A stretch of 64,000 nt of DNA from an uncultured Pelagibacteraceae bacterium (GTDB lineage: Bacteria; Pseudomonadota; Alphaproteobacteria; Pelagibacterales; Pelagibacteraceae). Made by a program: the position numbers and the translations under genes. Every line of letters begins with the position of its first letter. The stretch's first letter is position 1. The DNA lies in contig CACKFS010000001.1 of NCBI GenBank assembly GCA_902599575.1, positions 46,545 to 110,544 on the forward strand. The letters are read 5' to 3'. The notes beneath the pieces are model-generated. The model had not been told where the DNA came from. It made no database searches and saw only the letters and a list, made by a program, of their open reading frames with translations. Positions 29,085-40,226 of this stretch are shown in pieces.

Positions 29085-30152
29085 ATGAAAAAAAAAATAC
29101 TTATAATGGGCATAGAAACAAGCTGTGATGAGACAGCTGTTTCAATAATTCAAGATAATGGAACAAAACCGCCAAAAATACTTGCTAATATTGTATCAAG
29201 CCAAGAAGAGGTTCATAAGAAATTTGGAGGTGTAGTACCTGAGTTAGCAGCAAGAAGTCATTTAGAAAAAATTGAAATGATTACAAAAAAGGCTCTAAAA
29301 AAAAGTAGAGTAAAATTAAATGATATAAGCGCTATATCAGCTACGGCGGGACCTGGTTTAATTGTATGTTTATCCGTCGGTTTTAATTTTGCAAAATCAT
29401 TGTCATTAGCTTTAAAAAAACCATTAATCGCAGTAAATCATTTAGAAGGTCATGCTTTGAGTCCTATGTTTAAAAGTGATATAAAATTTCCTTATTTACT
29501 TTTGCTTATTTCAGGCGGACATACTCAGTATCTAATAGTTAAGGGTTTAGGAAAATATAAAAGAATTGGCACCACAATTGATGATGCTATAGGTGAAGCA
29601 TTTGATAAAACTTCCAAGATATTAGGATTTGGGTTTCCCGGTGGACCAAAAATCGAAAAGTATGCAAAAAAAGGAGATCACAGAAAGTTTGTTCTTCCAA
29701 AACCTATCATTAATAGAGGCGGTTGTAATTTATCTTTTGCAGGACTTAAAACTGCCGTTTTTAGATCATCTAAAATAATTAAAAGTAAACAAGATAAATA
29801 TGATTTAGCAGCATCATTTCAAAAAACAATTTTGGACATTATTTACAAAAAAACAAGAGTAGCCATTAATGAGTTTAAAAAAAATTTTAAAGGAAATAAA
29901 TTAATAGTTGCAGGCGGAGTAGCTGCAAATAAAGAAATAAGAAAGATAATAAGCAAAATTTGTTTAGAAGAAAGATTTACAGCAATTTTTCCTGAGCTAG
30001 ATCTATGTAGTGATAATGCTGCTATGATTGCAATTGTTGGGTTAAAAAAATTTAAAAAAAAAGAATTTAACAAATTAAATTTTTCTATAAATCCTAGATG
30101 GCAACTAGATAAAAATGCCAAATTTTTAAAAGGAGCAGGTGTTCAATTATAA
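29085..30152 (+). CDS. tsaD: tRNA threonylcarbamoyltransferase TsaD
   Basis: GIETSCDET, GGVVPELAAR.H, NHLEGH, SGGHT, DDAIGEAFDK, DNAAMIA motifs. Confidence 0.96.
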   Translation: MKKKILIMGIETSCDETAVSIIQDNGTKPPKILANIVSSQEEVHKKFGGVVPELAARSHLEKIEMITKKALKKSRVKLNDISAISATAGPGLIVCLSVGFNFAKSLSLALKKPLIAVNHLEGHALSPMFKSDIKFPYLLLLISGGHTQYLIVKGLGKYKRIGTTIDDAIGEAFDKTSKILGFGFPGGPKIEKYAKKGDHRKFVLPKPIINRGGCNLSFAGLKTAVFRSSKIIKSKQDKYDLAASFQKTILDIIYKKTRVAINEFKKNFKGNKLIVAGGVAANKEIRKIISKICLEERFTAIFPELDLCSDNAAMIAIVGLKKFKKKEFNKLNFSINPRWQLDKNAKFLKGAGVQL

Positions 30153-32126
30153 ATAAATATCTTCTGGAGTCTTTTTATTAATATATTTTTCAAATACGAT
30201 ACTGTAGGCCTTTTCAATATTATGAGTAAAGGATTTGTTATCAAATAAGGGATTGCTATCTTTCGAAACTATTAATTTATTTTTTAGTTGATTTAAATAT
30301 TCTTGATTTTTTGCAATATAAACAGCTTTATCCACATATTCTTTTTCATTTTTGCTAACAAGTTCAATTAAGCCGGTTGTTTTTAAAAGACTAGAGGCAA
30401 CTCTGCTTTGAAAGGAGTCACCTTCTAAAGTTAATATTGGTAACCCCGCCCAAATGGAGTCGCTGCATGATGTATGGGCGTTATAAGGGAATGTATCAAG
30501 GAACAAATCCGCAAATTTAATTCTCGCGAGATGTTCGGTTATCGGAACTTTAGTACCAAAAATTATTCTTTTAGAGTCTATTTTTTTTTTTTCGAATTCT
30601 ATTTTTAGATTCTTTTTAGAATCATCATTATCAGACAATAACCATAAAACGCTTTTTGGGACATGATTTAATATTTCAGCCCATAATTTAACAACATTAG
30701 GTAAAATTTTATTAATAGTGTTAAAGCAACAAAATATAAAGTCATCCTTTGGTAAATTTAAAATTTGTTTCGTAAATTTTTTTTCTGATATTGTTCTATC
30801 TTTTTCACTTGGCTGATAAGAATGAGGCAAATAAATAACTTTTTCAGAAAAAAACTTTTTATTTTTTTCAGGTATTACTGTCTTATCAGCTATTATATAA
30901 TCTATTTTATCTGATCCAGATGTTCCAGGATAACCCAAAAAGTTTATTTGTATCGGTGCCAATTTATTTTGAAAAATTGCATACCTGTGTTCATGTCCTC
31001 CTGTGTGGCCCATAAGATCTATAGCAATATGAATTTTTAAATTTCTAGATAAAGACTTTATTTCTTCATTTGACATACTAGATACATCATAAAATTTAGT
31101 GAAAGCTTTTTTTATTCTTGAATGAAAAATATCGTTTTCTTCATGTCTCCTACCTAAATAAAAACCGTAAATTTCATATTTAGATTTGTCGTGAGTCTCT
31201 AGCATTTTAGCTATTAAATGACCAACAGGGTGGTCTCTAAAATCAGCCGAAAAATATCCTATTTTTATTTTTGTATTTATTTTTAAAATTTGGGTATCAA
31301 TCTGATTATTATTATCTAAATCAAATTGTTGAGTCCATATTTTACTTGCTTTAAAAAGTATTTCAGGTGAGTCAAATAATTTTGCTAGTAACATTGGACT
31401 TGCAATTTCTTTATTTTCAAATATTTTATTTTTTATATCGTTCATATCTCCATCTAGACCTTTCCAATCACAATTTACTAATTTATCTTCAACAACATTT
31501 CCTAAAACAAATGGATATTCTGGATCAATCATTAATATGGTTTTATAAGTATTTATTGACGAGGTTTTCATTCCTAATTCTGAAAAAACTTGTGCCTTTT
31601 TATAATAAAGTTCTGTTTCTTTAGGATGATGTGGAATAACTTTTTCTAAAAAATTTAAGTACTCTTTTTTCATATCCATTTTCAAAAGAATCGCGAGTTT
31701 GCTTTTTATGGTTGGTAAATGTCCAGGTTTTAAATTTAAAGCCTCATTTATATTTTTGAGTGCGTTATCATACATGCCTTTTTGATAAAAAATATCGCTT
31801 AGTGTATAATGAGTTTCAAAGAAATTTGGTCTCAAGTTTAATGCTTTATTTAAATAATTAATGGCTTCGTCAAATTTTCCTATTCTAAAAAATGCATTTC
31901 CAAGATTATTTAAACCATCTACAAATTTTGGATCAATTTTTATTGCCTTTTCCCATTGCTCTATGGCCTTTTCGTAATTATTTAGATTAAAAAATATGAA
32001 GCCATAAATATGTGAAAACTCTACATTTTCATCAAAATGTTTTTTTATATCATCGCATTTTATTTGGGCCTCTTTGAATTTCTTAACTTTTATTAAGTTT
32101 AATATCTCAGTAATTTTATCTCTCAT
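30147..32126 (-). CDS. TPR-containing GT41 glycosyltransferase (OGT-like), copy B
   Basis: Multiple TPRs; IKIGYFSADFRDHPVG, DLMGHT, APIQ.NFLGYPGTSG, FCCFN...KI, DLFLDTFPYNAHT, SRVASSLL motifs. Confidence 0.9.
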   Translation of the reverse strand: MRDKITEILNLIKVKKFKEAQIKCDDIKKHFDENVEFSHIYGFIFFNLNNYEKAIEQWEKAIKIDPKFVDGLNNLGNAFFRIGKFDEAINYLNKALNLRPNFFETHYTLSDIFYQKGMYDNALKNINEALNLKPGHLPTIKSKLAILLKMDMKKEYLNFLEKVIPHHPKETELYYKKAQVFSELGMKTSSINTYKTILMIDPEYPFVLGNVVEDKLVNCDWKGLDGDMNDIKNKIFENKEIASPMLLAKLFDSPEILFKASKIWTQQFDLDNNNQIDTQILKINTKIKIGYFSADFRDHPVGHLIAKMLETHDKSKYEIYGFYLGRRHEENDIFHSRIKKAFTKFYDVSSMSNEEIKSLSRNLKIHIAIDLMGHTGGHEHRYAIFQNKLAPIQINFLGYPGTSGSDKIDYIIADKTVIPEKNKKFFSEKVIYLPHSYQPSEKDRTISEKKFTKQILNLPKDDFIFCCFNTINKILPNVVKLWAEILNHVPKSVLWLLSDNDDSKKNLKIEFEKKKIDSKRIIFGTKVPITEHLARIKFADLFLDTFPYNAHTSCSDSIWAGLPILTLEGDSFQSRVASSLLKTTGLIELVSKNEKEYVDKAVYIAKNQEYLNQLKNKLIVSKDSNPLFDNKSFTHNIEKAYSIVFEKYINKKTPEDIYL

Positions 32127-32172
32127 ATTTTATCATTTTAAGATAAATTCAAATAAAAAAAAACTATTCTAA

Positions 32173-32625
32173 ATGAATTACTGGTTAATTAAATCAGAAC
32201 CTGACGTTTGGTCTATTGATCAACAAATTAAGGCTGGAGCTAAAGGTGCGATTTGGGATGGAGTAAGAAATTATCAAGCAGCTAAAAATTTAAGAAATAT
32301 GAAAACTGGTGATCTTTGCTTTTTTTATCATTCTAACATAGGCAAAGAAATTGTCGGTATTGTAAAAGTTATAAAGGAGGCCTTTATCGATCCGACAGAT
32401 AGAATGAAAAAATTTGTTGCAGTGAGAGTTAGGTTTGAAAAAAAATTTAAAAATCCAGTGAGTCTAGAAAATATAAAGAAAATAGAGCATCTAAATCAAT
32501 TACCCCTTATAAAACAAAGCAGATTATCAGTAATGCCTATTGACTCTAAAAGCTGGAAGATTTTAAATAATTTAGGTAAAATAAAAGTAAATTATGGCAA
32601 AAAAATCAAAAAAGAGAAAAACTAA
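32173..32625 (+). CDS. EVE domain protein
   Basis: [32 protein letters not shown] motifs. Confidence 0.93.
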   Translation: MNYWLIKSEPDVWSIDQQIKAGAKGAIWDGVRNYQAAKNLRNMKTGDLCFFYHSNIGKEIVGIVKVIKEAFIDPTDRMKKFVAVRVRFEKKFKNPVSLENIKKIEHLNQLPLIKQSRLSVMPIDSKSWKILNNLGKIKVNYGKKIKKEKN

Positions 32626-34660
32626 ACGAAAAGCAAAGAAAAAATATAGATCTAAGTCTAAATCTAGAAAAATTAAAAGATATAAAAAAAAAGTTAAGAA
32701 ATTAAAAACAAAAGATAACAAATCATTAGAAAAAATTTATAAAGTTAAGTCTGAATGGTTAAAAAAGGCTTTAGTTAGTAAAACTATCTACGAAAAAAAG
32801 TATAGTCAGTCTATTAAAGATAACGACGGATTTTGGAGAAAAGAAGGAAAAAGAGTTACGTGGATTAAACCATACACCAAAATTAAAGATGTTAAATATA
32901 GTAGTTCATATGTAAACATCAAATGGTTTTACGATGGCACTCTAAATGCATCAGCTAATTGCATAGATAGACATTTAAAAAATAATAAAGATAAAACTGC
33001 AATTATGTGGGTCGGAGATGATCCAAATGTGCAAAAAAAAATTACTTATAAACAATTACATAAGGAAGTATGTAAAATTGCAAATGGATTAAAAGAAATT
33101 GGTGTTCAAAAAGGTGATAGAGTTACTATTTATTTAACAATGATACCAGAGCTGGCTTACACGATGTTAGCTTGTGCTAGAATTGGTGCAATCCATTCAA
33201 TAATTTTTGGTGGTTTCTCTCCTGATAGTATTGCCGGACGTATAAATGATTGTGAGTCTGATTACGTAGTTACGGCTGATGAGGGAATTAGGGGTGGTAA
33301 AACAATACCATTAAAATCAATTACGGACGAAGCTTTAATGAGTTGTCCCAATGTAAAAAAATGTGTTGTGGTCAAACGAACAGGTAATGATGTGAGCTGG
33401 GATAGTAGTCGAGATGTTTGGTATCATGATATTACTAAAAATGTTTCCACGTACTGCGAGCCTGAGGAAATGAGTGCTGAAGATCCTCTTTTCATTTTAT
33501 ATACGTCAGGATCTACAGGAAAGCCAAAGGGTGTTCTGCATACAACAGGAGGATATCTAGTTTATGCATCGATGACACATCAATACATTTTTAACTATAA
33601 GCCAAAAGATATTTATTGGTGTACAGCGGATATTGGTTGGATAACAGGTCATAGTTACATAATATATGGACCACTCGCAAATGGTGCTACGACATTAATG
33701 TTTGAGGGTATACCAACTTATCCTGACTCTTCAAGATGGTGGCAGATTGTTGATAAATATAAGGTGAATATATTTTACACAGCGCCAACCGCTATTAGAG
33801 CCTTAATGAGAGAAGGGGATAAACCTGTCAAAAAAACTTCAAGAAAAACACTTAAATTACTAGGCACGGTCGGTGAACCTATAAATCCAGAGGCATGGGA
33901 ATGGTATTATAAAACTGTTGGTGACTCCAAATGTCCTATAGTTGACACATGGTGGCAAACAGAAACTGGAGGAATTTTAATAAGTCCACAAACTGGTGCA
34001 ATAGATCTAAAACCAGGGTCTGCTACAAAACCTTTCTATGGAATTAAACCTGTAATAGTCGATAAAAATGGAAAAGTATTAAAAGGAGAAGCTCAGGGGA
34101 GACTTTGCATTGCTCAATCTTGGCCTGGGCAAATGAGAACAGTTTATGGTGATCATAACAGATTTATCGAAACTTACTTTTCTCAATTTGATGGAAAGTA
34201 TTTTACTGGAGACGGATGTAGAAGAGATAAAGATGGATATTATTGGATAACAGGTAGAGTTGATGATGTAATAATTGTATCTGGTCATAATCTAGGCACG
34301 GCTGAAATTGAAAGTGCATTCGTTGCGCATCCAAAAGTAGCTGAGGCTGCAGTAGTTGGATACCCTCATGATATAAAAGGTAACGGTCTTTATTGCTACG
34401 TAACTCTTAATGTCGGTGAAAAAGCAGATGGTGATTTAGAAAGAGAATTAAAGTTATGGGTAAGAAAACAAATTGGTCCAATTGCAACACCTGATTTAAT
34501 TCATTTTTCACCTGGATTACCAAAAACCAGATCTGGAAAAATAATGAGAAGAATATTAAGAAAGATCGCAGCAAACGAACATGATCAACTTGGTGATACA
34601 ACTACTTTGGCAGATCCTAGCGTTGTGCAAAGTTTAGTTGATCAAAGAAAAAATGTTTAA
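32594..34660 (+). CDS. acs: Acetyl-CoA synthetase with a polybasic N-terminal extension
   Basis: [41 protein letters not shown] motifs; extra ~45-aa K/R-rich N-terminus. Confidence 0.96.
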   Translation: MAKKSKKRKTKRKAKKKYRSKSKSRKIKRYKKKVKKLKTKDNKSLEKIYKVKSEWLKKALVSKTIYEKKYSQSIKDNDGFWRKEGKRVTWIKPYTKIKDVKYSSSYVNIKWFYDGTLNASANCIDRHLKNNKDKTAIMWVGDDPNVQKKITYKQLHKEVCKIANGLKEIGVQKGDRVTIYLTMIPELAYTMLACARIGAIHSIIFGGFSPDSIAGRINDCESDYVVTADEGIRGGKTIPLKSITDEALMSCPNVKKCVVVKRTGNDVSWDSSRDVWYHDITKNVSTYCEPEEMSAEDPLFILYTSGSTGKPKGVLHTTGGYLVYASMTHQYIFNYKPKDIYWCTADIGWITGHSYIIYGPLANGATTLMFEGIPTYPDSSRWWQIVDKYKVNIFYTAPTAIRALMREGDKPVKKTSRKTLKLLGTVGEPINPEAWEWYYKTVGDSKCPIVDTWWQTETGGILISPQTGAIDLKPGSATKPFYGIKPVIVDKNGKVLKGEAQGRLCIAQSWPGQMRTVYGDHNRFIETYFSQFDGKYFTGDGCRRDKDGYYWITGRVDDVIIVSGHNLGTAEIESAFVAHPKVAEAAVVGYPHDIKGNGLYCYVTLNVGEKADGDLERELKLWVRKQIGPIATPDLIHFSPGLPKTRSGKIMRRILRKIAANEHDQLGDTTTLADPSVVQSLVDQRKNV

Positions 34661-35283
34661 AACTTTATAAGTTTTATAAACTCATCTTTAATATTGTCCC
34701 ACTTAAGTATCATAGAATTTAAAACAATTTTTCTGTCTAAAGTTTTTAATTCCTCTGCAATAGGAGCCCATTTATAAAGCGCTAGTGCACTAGGATTAAA
34801 TGGAAGTGAGTTGTAATACTTTTTCCAATCAATTTTTTCATATCTTTCAAAAAAAGTTTTTTTTCCGTGGGCTGCTATGTCTTCTGGCATACCATTCTTA
34901 ATTTCTTCATCAATAATTGTTTCGTAAATTCTTTTGGACTTTTCAAAATCATTAAGATTAAAGTTATTGTGGATGTAAGAAAATGTGAAGAAAGTTAAAT
35001 CTTGTAAAGAAACTATATAGATGTTCCATTTTGCTAAATTAATTGAGTCAATAAAAACATCATTATCAAAATGTAAAACATATTTAGTCCCCATTCTTGT
35101 TTTTAAATAATTGTACAAAGTCACTTGGGTAACCCATGCAGATTTTTTTTGGATAAACTGTTCGAGATCTAAAAAATTTTTAATTTTTTTTTTGGGCAAA
35201 ATTCCCTTAAACATAGCTAGAAGATAGACCTTAAAATCCTCTAATTTTATATCTTTAAGATTGAATCTATATTTTAGGGCCAT
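34657..35283 (-). CDS. Hypothetical protein
   Basis: 208-aa ORF filling the gap; Q.TLY.YLKTRMG and LY.WAPIA segments look conserved; function not recognised. Confidence 0.7.
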   Translation of the reverse strand: MALKYRFNLKDIKLEDFKVYLLAMFKGILPKKKIKNFLDLEQFIQKKSAWVTQVTLYNYLKTRMGTKYVLHFDNDVFIDSINLAKWNIYIVSLQDLTFFTFSYIHNNFNLNDFEKSKRIYETIIDEEIKNGMPEDIAAHGKKTFFERYEKIDWKKYYNSLPFNPSALALYKWAPIAEELKTLDRKIVLNSMILKWDNIKDEFIKLIKF

Positions 35284-35401
35284 ATGTATACTAAAAGTTG
35301 TAATATATTATAAAATTACAAAAAATACGAGAATTTTAGGGGTTCCAATATTTTTCATAATGAGTAATGTTTCGTCTTTTAACCTATAGGGAGGGAAAAA
35401 A

Positions 35402-35665
35402 ATGTCAAAACAAGCACAACATTGGGAAAAGACTAGAGGGTTGCTATTTGTAACGCTAGCTATCTGGTTCGTTTTCTCTATTGGCATCTTCCTCTTCGGT
35501 GCCGAAATGGAAGCATCATCTATCAGACCTTTTGGATATCCATTGTCATATTATATGACATGTCAAGGTTCTCTTGGAATTTTCGTAATACTAATTTTTT
35601 GGTTTGCGGGAAGACAAGAAAAGATTGATGAAGAGTTCGGCTTTTCTGAAAGAGAGGATGACTAA
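35402..35665 (+). CDS. DUF4212 small membrane subunit associated with solute:sodium symporters
   Basis: HW....L, GYPL.YY...QGS, D.EFG motifs; strong SD GGGAGGG; TAATG coupling to the symporter. Confidence 0.85.
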   Translation: MSKQAQHWEKTRGLLFVTLAIWFVFSIGIFLFGAEMEASSIRPFGYPLSYYMTCQGSLGIFVILIFWFAGRQEKIDEEFGFSEREDD

Positions 35666-37485
35666 TGTTTAAGGGTAATTTTATAAACAATCTCCCCAAG
35701 ATTTATGGAACATACACCGGTGGTTTCATAGTTTTCATAATCTTGATGGCGATTGCCGAACAAGCTGGAATGTCTGCAAAAGTAATTGGTATTTGCTTTG
35801 TAGCCTTTACAGTTTTAATTTATGCACTAATTGGTTACCTATCTCGTACAATTCAAGTTGATGCATATTACTTAGCTGGAAGGCAAGTTCCAACAGTGTT
35901 CAACGGTATGGCTACAGCAGCAGACTGGATGTCTGGTGCTTCATTCGTTGCGATGGCTGGAGGAATTTACTTCAAAGGTTATGGTTATATGGCACTACTT
36001 GTTGGTTGGACGGGTGGATACGTACTAGTTGCTTCGCTACTAGCACCATATTTAAGAAAATTTGGTTGTTACACAGTTCCAGATTTCATTGGAACTAGAT
36101 ATGGCGGAAACTTAGCTAGACTATCTGCGGTAATAGTCTTAACAGTTGCATCATTCACTTATGTGACAGCGCAGATTAATGCTACAGGAACAATTGCATC
36201 AGTTGCACTTGATATTCCTTTCAACATTGCTGTTTACGTAGGATTAGCAAGTATATTGATGTGTTCAATGCTTGGTGGAATGAGAGCAGTTACATGGACT
36301 CAAGTAGCACAATACATTGTATTGATTATAGCTTACTTGATACCTGTATTCTGGATCAGTAACAAAATGGGCGCTGGAGTATTTCCACACTTAATGTTAG
36401 CAGATGAAGTTGCTAGAATCGCTGAGTTAGAAGCTCAGTTTGGTCTTGGCGAAATCAAAAATTCTGCAGCTGATTTAAAACAGGTTCCTAAAGGACTATC
36501 AGGTATAACTAAAGCGCATGCTGAAGTTAACACTACACCTTGGAAATTTATTTCATTAGCGGTTTGTATGATGGCTGGAACAGCTTCATTACCACACGTT
36601 ATGATGAGATATTTCACTACTCCAAGTGTAAAAGCTGCTAGAAGATCAGTAGGTTGGTCACTATTCTTTATATTCCTACTTTATTCATCAGCTCCAATGT
36701 TAGCTACATTATCTAAACTATCGTTAATGGATCCAAACTTAGCAACAGGAATTATTGGTAAGTCAATTTCTGAAGTTCAAGCAATTGACTGGTATCAAAA
36801 CTGGAACCAAGCAAACTTAATGTTTGTAAGCGACTTTAACGGAAATGGAACGCTCGAATTAAACGAGTTCTTCATGGGTGGTAAAGCCGTTGTATTGGCA
36901 ACTCCAGAGATAGCAGGATTACCATATGTAATTTCTGGTCTAGTTGCTGCTGGAGGTATGGCTGCTGCCATGTCAACTGCAGATGGATTAGTGTTAGCGA
37001 TATCTAATGCATTATCTCACGACATTTACTACAAGATGATTAACCCTAAAGCGGAAACAGCTAAAAGATTGTTAATCGCAAGGATATTACTTGTATTAAT
37101 TGGTTTCGCTGGAGCAACAATTGCAGCTCTTGAAATTCAAGGTATCTTAGGTTCGGTTATCTGGGCTTTTGACTTTGCGATGTCAGGATTATTCTTCCCA
37201 CTTGTACTAGGAGTATGGTGGAAGAGAGCAAATGCTCAAGGAGCAGTCGCAGGAATGCTAGGAGGATTAGCCGCTGGTTCAGCATACTTAATTGCTGTAA
37301 GAAGTGGTTACCCTGGTTTCTTAGATATTACTCAGTTAACATTTGGTATAGTTGGATCAGTAGTAAGCTTAGTACTTATGATCGTAGTCAGCTTGGCAAC
37401 TAAAGCGCCAGACGCTGCTACTCAGAAAATGGTAGACGATGTTCGTGTACCAAGTGGTAAAGCGATACTAGGAAGACAACACTAA
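35665..37485 (+). CDS. Sodium:solute symporter, ActP-like (acetate/monocarboxylate)
   Basis: NGMATAADWMSGASF, GWTGG, TVPDFIG.RY, TWTQVAQY, GTASLPH, AAAMSTADG motifs. Confidence 0.9.
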   Translation: MFKGNFINNLPKIYGTYTGGFIVFIILMAIAEQAGMSAKVIGICFVAFTVLIYALIGYLSRTIQVDAYYLAGRQVPTVFNGMATAADWMSGASFVAMAGGIYFKGYGYMALLVGWTGGYVLVASLLAPYLRKFGCYTVPDFIGTRYGGNLARLSAVIVLTVASFTYVTAQINATGTIASVALDIPFNIAVYVGLASILMCSMLGGMRAVTWTQVAQYIVLIIAYLIPVFWISNKMGAGVFPHLMLADEVARIAELEAQFGLGEIKNSAADLKQVPKGLSGITKAHAEVNTTPWKFISLAVCMMAGTASLPHVMMRYFTTPSVKAARRSVGWSLFFIFLLYSSAPMLATLSKLSLMDPNLATGIIGKSISEVQAIDWYQNWNQANLMFVSDFNGNGTLELNEFFMGGKAVVLATPEIAGLPYVISGLVAAGGMAAAMSTADGLVLAISNALSHDIYYKMINPKAETAKRLLIARILLVLIGFAGATIAALEIQGILGSVIWAFDFAMSGLFFPLVLGVWWKRANAQGAVAGMLGGLAAGSAYLIAVRSGYPGFLDITQLTFGIVGSVVSLVLMIVVSLATKAPDAATQKMVDDVRVPSGKAILGRQH

Positions 37486-37496
37486 ATACTTAATTT

Positions 37497-37533
37497 TTAA
37501 GGGGCGAGAATTTATCGCCCCTTAAGTTTTTTT
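37497..37533 (+). terminator. Intrinsic terminator after the symporter
   Basis: TTAAGGGGCGA-gaattta-TCGCCCCTTAA followed by G and T7. Confidence 0.9.
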
Positions 37534-37540
37534 CTCAGAC

Positions 37541-37891
37541 ATGTACGCAAATTTTCACCCAATGATTTACCTAATTGACTACGTCATGGGTATGATCATG
37601 TGGACTTTAATTGGTAGAGTTGCAATGAACATATTTCAAAGAGAAGACTCAGAATTTTTTTTTATGAAAGTTTTTGTTAAATTGACAGATCCTTTTATAA
37701 CGATGTTTAGGTTTATAACCCCATCTTTCATCATTAAACCTCTGGTTCCTTTATATGTTGCTTGGTTTTTCTATATGTTCAGATTTTATCTAATGCCTTA
37801 CTTAATGGGTTATTCGGTAATGGGTATGCTTTCTTTTCCATTGGAAAGTGAAATTGCATCTCAAATTTATCAAATATTTGGTAAAAAATAA
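37541..37891 (+). CDS. Small membrane protein, distantly YggT-like
   Basis: Hydrophobic 116-aa ORF with MWTLIGR and LTDP....F..ITP motifs. Confidence 0.65.
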   Translation: MYANFHPMIYLIDYVMGMIMWTLIGRVAMNIFQREDSEFFFMKVFVKLTDPFITMFRFITPSFIIKPLVPLYVAWFFYMFRFYLMPYLMGYSVMGMLSFPLESEIASQIYQIFGKK

Positions 37892-37933
37892 TTCAAAAAA
37901 AAAACAAAAATTGATACTAGTAAATAAGTATCA

Positions 37934-38593
37934 ATGAAAAAAATAAAAATATCACCATCAATTTTATCCGCCGATTTTAGTCAGCTTGGACAAGAAATTA
38001 AAAATTTGGAGAATAGTGGTGCTGATATGATTCATGTAGATGTCATGGATGGTCACTTTGTACCTAATCTAACTATAGGCCCTCCCGTGATAAAAGCTTT
38101 AAGGAAATATGCAAATATTCCATTTGATGTACATTTGATGATCAATCCTGTGCACAAGTATATAAAAGATTATGCAGAAAGTGGAGCCGATATAATTACA
38201 ATACACCCAGAGGCAACTACTTCATTGCAAGAGTCTATTGATGAGATAAAAAAATATAAAAAAAAAGTAGGTTTATCTTTAAATCCAGACACAAAAATAG
38301 AAGTAATAGAAAAGTATATAGATCAAATTGATTTAGTATTAGTAATGAGTGTTTTTCCGGGATTTGGAGGTCAAAAATTTATAAAAGATGTTCTAAAAAA
38401 AATTGAAAGATTAAGTGAAATTAAAGATAAAAATAGTTTTAGATTTGATATTGAAGTTGATGGTGGAATAAATTTCTCAAATTTTAAAGAAGTTCTTGAA
38501 GCTGGAGCAAATGTTTTGGTTTCGGGTACAACAATTTTCAAAGAGAATAATGGAGACATAAAGAAAAATATCAATTTTTTAAAAACTATTTAG
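37934..38593 (+). CDS. rpe: Ribulose-phosphate 3-epimerase
   Basis: SPSILSADF, HVDVMDGHFVPNLT, DVHLM, MSV.PGFGGQ, EVDGG motifs. Confidence 0.97.
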   Translation: MKKIKISPSILSADFSQLGQEIKNLENSGADMIHVDVMDGHFVPNLTIGPPVIKALRKYANIPFDVHLMINPVHKYIKDYAESGADIITIHPEATTSLQESIDEIKKYKKKVGLSLNPDTKIEVIEKYIDQIDLVLVMSVFPGFGGQKFIKDVLKKIERLSEIKDKNSFRFDIEVDGGINFSNFKEVLEAGANVLVSGTTIFKENNGDIKKNINFLKTI

Positions 38594-38600
38594 ACATTGT

Positions 38601-40226
38601 ATGGGTTACAAAGAAAATTCTATAACTAATCCCTTTTTATATATTACAAAACAAATTAGAAAAATTTATTTAAACTCAAGTATATACAATACTAAGATTT
38701 CAAAAGTTTTTGATGGTGGTTTTGAGTATATTCCACACCTTAAGATATTTGATTGTATAGTAAAAGTTAAAGACAGAAAAAATAGAATTGAAGATTACAA
38801 TATAGAGAGTATCTGGGAAAATCAAAATTTTTCAGAAAAAGACTTAAAAAAATTACATAGTTTTTTTTGGTTATTTACTATTGATTTAAAATCCTCAAAA
38901 AAGATTACTAGATCTGTGATCTCTAATTGGGCAAATTTAAATCAAAACTACAGTTTCAAAAGCTGGGAACTAGATACGCTCTCAAAGAGAATTATTTCTT
39001 GGATAGCAAATAGTAACTATTTTTATCATGAGGGTAATGAAAATTTTAAAATTAATTTTACAAAAATTATAAAAAAACAATTAAATCATTTAATTAATGA
39101 AATAGAAAATACTGAACTTGTAAACGACAAAATGATTGGGTGTTCTGCGGTCATTATGGGTGGTTTATGTTTTAAACATCAGATGCAATACTTAAACATT
39201 GGATTTCAATTGCTAAAGAAAATAATTAATACAATTTTTGATAATGATGGCTTTCCAAAATCTAGAAACCCTAGACAGGTAATTTTTTATTTAAAGTATT
39301 TTATTTTTATAAGAGAATTACTAAAAGACTCTAGCACCGACATACCAGAGTTTTTAAATGAAATTATATTCTATCTTGGCCAATCCTTTAATTTTTATTT
39401 TGAAGAGAACGATGGTACTTTTTTATTTAATGGCAACCATAATTTAGATACTACTGATTTCAAAAAATATATAAAAGAACACGGTTATAAATTTAATAAC
39501 AAGTTCAATAGTGTTGGGGGTTATTCAATTATTAAAAATAAAAAAGACAAGATTATACTTGATTTTGGACCAACGCCAGATAAGAAATATTCTGCTGATT
39601 ATCAATCTGGTGCCTTATCGTTTGAAATTTTTCACGATAAAGAAAAGGTAATTACTAATTGCGGATACTTTCAAAATTATAATCATAAATTAAATATTTT
39701 ATCGAAATCAACAGCTGCACACTCTACCCTCTCAATTGATGACAGATCTTCGTGTAAATTTAAAAAAGACAAACTAGGTTACTTTTCTTTGGAAAATGCT
39801 TTGAAAGTGACAAATAAAAAAGTTTATCATGACGATGAAATTTGGGAAATACATGGAACACACGACGGTTATTTAAAAGAATACGGTATTCTACACCAAA
39901 GAATTATTAAATTTTTTCCAAAAGAATTTAAGTACGTAGGAGAGGACATAATAATTAGCAAAAAAAATTTTCAAAGAGTTAGTTTTGACATAAGATTTCA
40001 TTTACTGCCAACCACTAATGCAATAAAGACACAAGATAAGCGGTCTATTTTATTGCAACTAAAAAAATCTGGATGGCGATTCTCTTGTAATCATAATAAT
40101 TTTGACATTGAGACAGGGTTATATTTTGGCAAAAAAGATTCTTACACCGAAAATAAAAATATTTATGTGCATGGAGAAATTACAAGTGAAAAAGAAAAAA
40201 TAACATGGGAAATTAGAAAAATATGA
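38601..40226 (+). CDS. Heparinase II/III-like protein
   Basis: LHSFFWL, GALSFE, NCG, STAAHSTL, HDGY, RFHL motifs; typical alphaproteobacterial position before purH. Confidence 0.75.
   Translation: MGYKENSITNPFLYITKQIRKIYLNSSIYNTKISKVFDGGFEYIPHLKIFDCIVKVKDRKNRIEDYNIESIWENQNFSEKDLKKLHSFFWLFTIDLKSSKKITRSVISNWANLNQNYSFKSWELDTLSKRIISWIANSNYFYHEGNENFKINFTKIIKKQLNHLINEIENTELVNDKMIGCSAVIMGGLCFKHQMQYLNIGFQLLKKIINTIFDNDGFPKSRNPRQVIFYLKYFIFIRELLKDSSTDIPEFLNEIIFYLGQSFNFYFEENDGTFLFNGNHNLDTTDFKKYIKEHGYKFNNKFNSVGGYSIIKNKKDKIILDFGPTPDKKYSADYQSGALSFEIFHDKEKVITNCGYFQNYNHKLNILSKSTAAHSTLSIDDRSSCKFKKDKLGYFSLENALKVTNKKVYHDDEIWEIHGTHDGYLKEYGILHQRIIKFFPKEFKYVGEDIIISKKNFQRVSFDIRFHLLPTTNAIKTQDKRSILLQLKKSGWRFSCNHNNFDIETGLYFGKKDSYTENKNIYVHGEITSEKEKITWEIRKI

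Noticed and set aside
35284-35401. Possible riboswitch upstream of the DUF4212-symporter operon, and likewise upstream of the TRAP gene (1240-1357)
   Set aside because: No convincing multi-stem structure or known aptamer motif by eye; an Rfam scan would be needed to exclude it fully
35402-37485. Higher GC and different codon usage in the symporter and TRAP genes, suggesting horizontal transfer
   Set aside because: Better explained by high expression and Ala/Gly-rich composition; no mobility genes or flanking repeats
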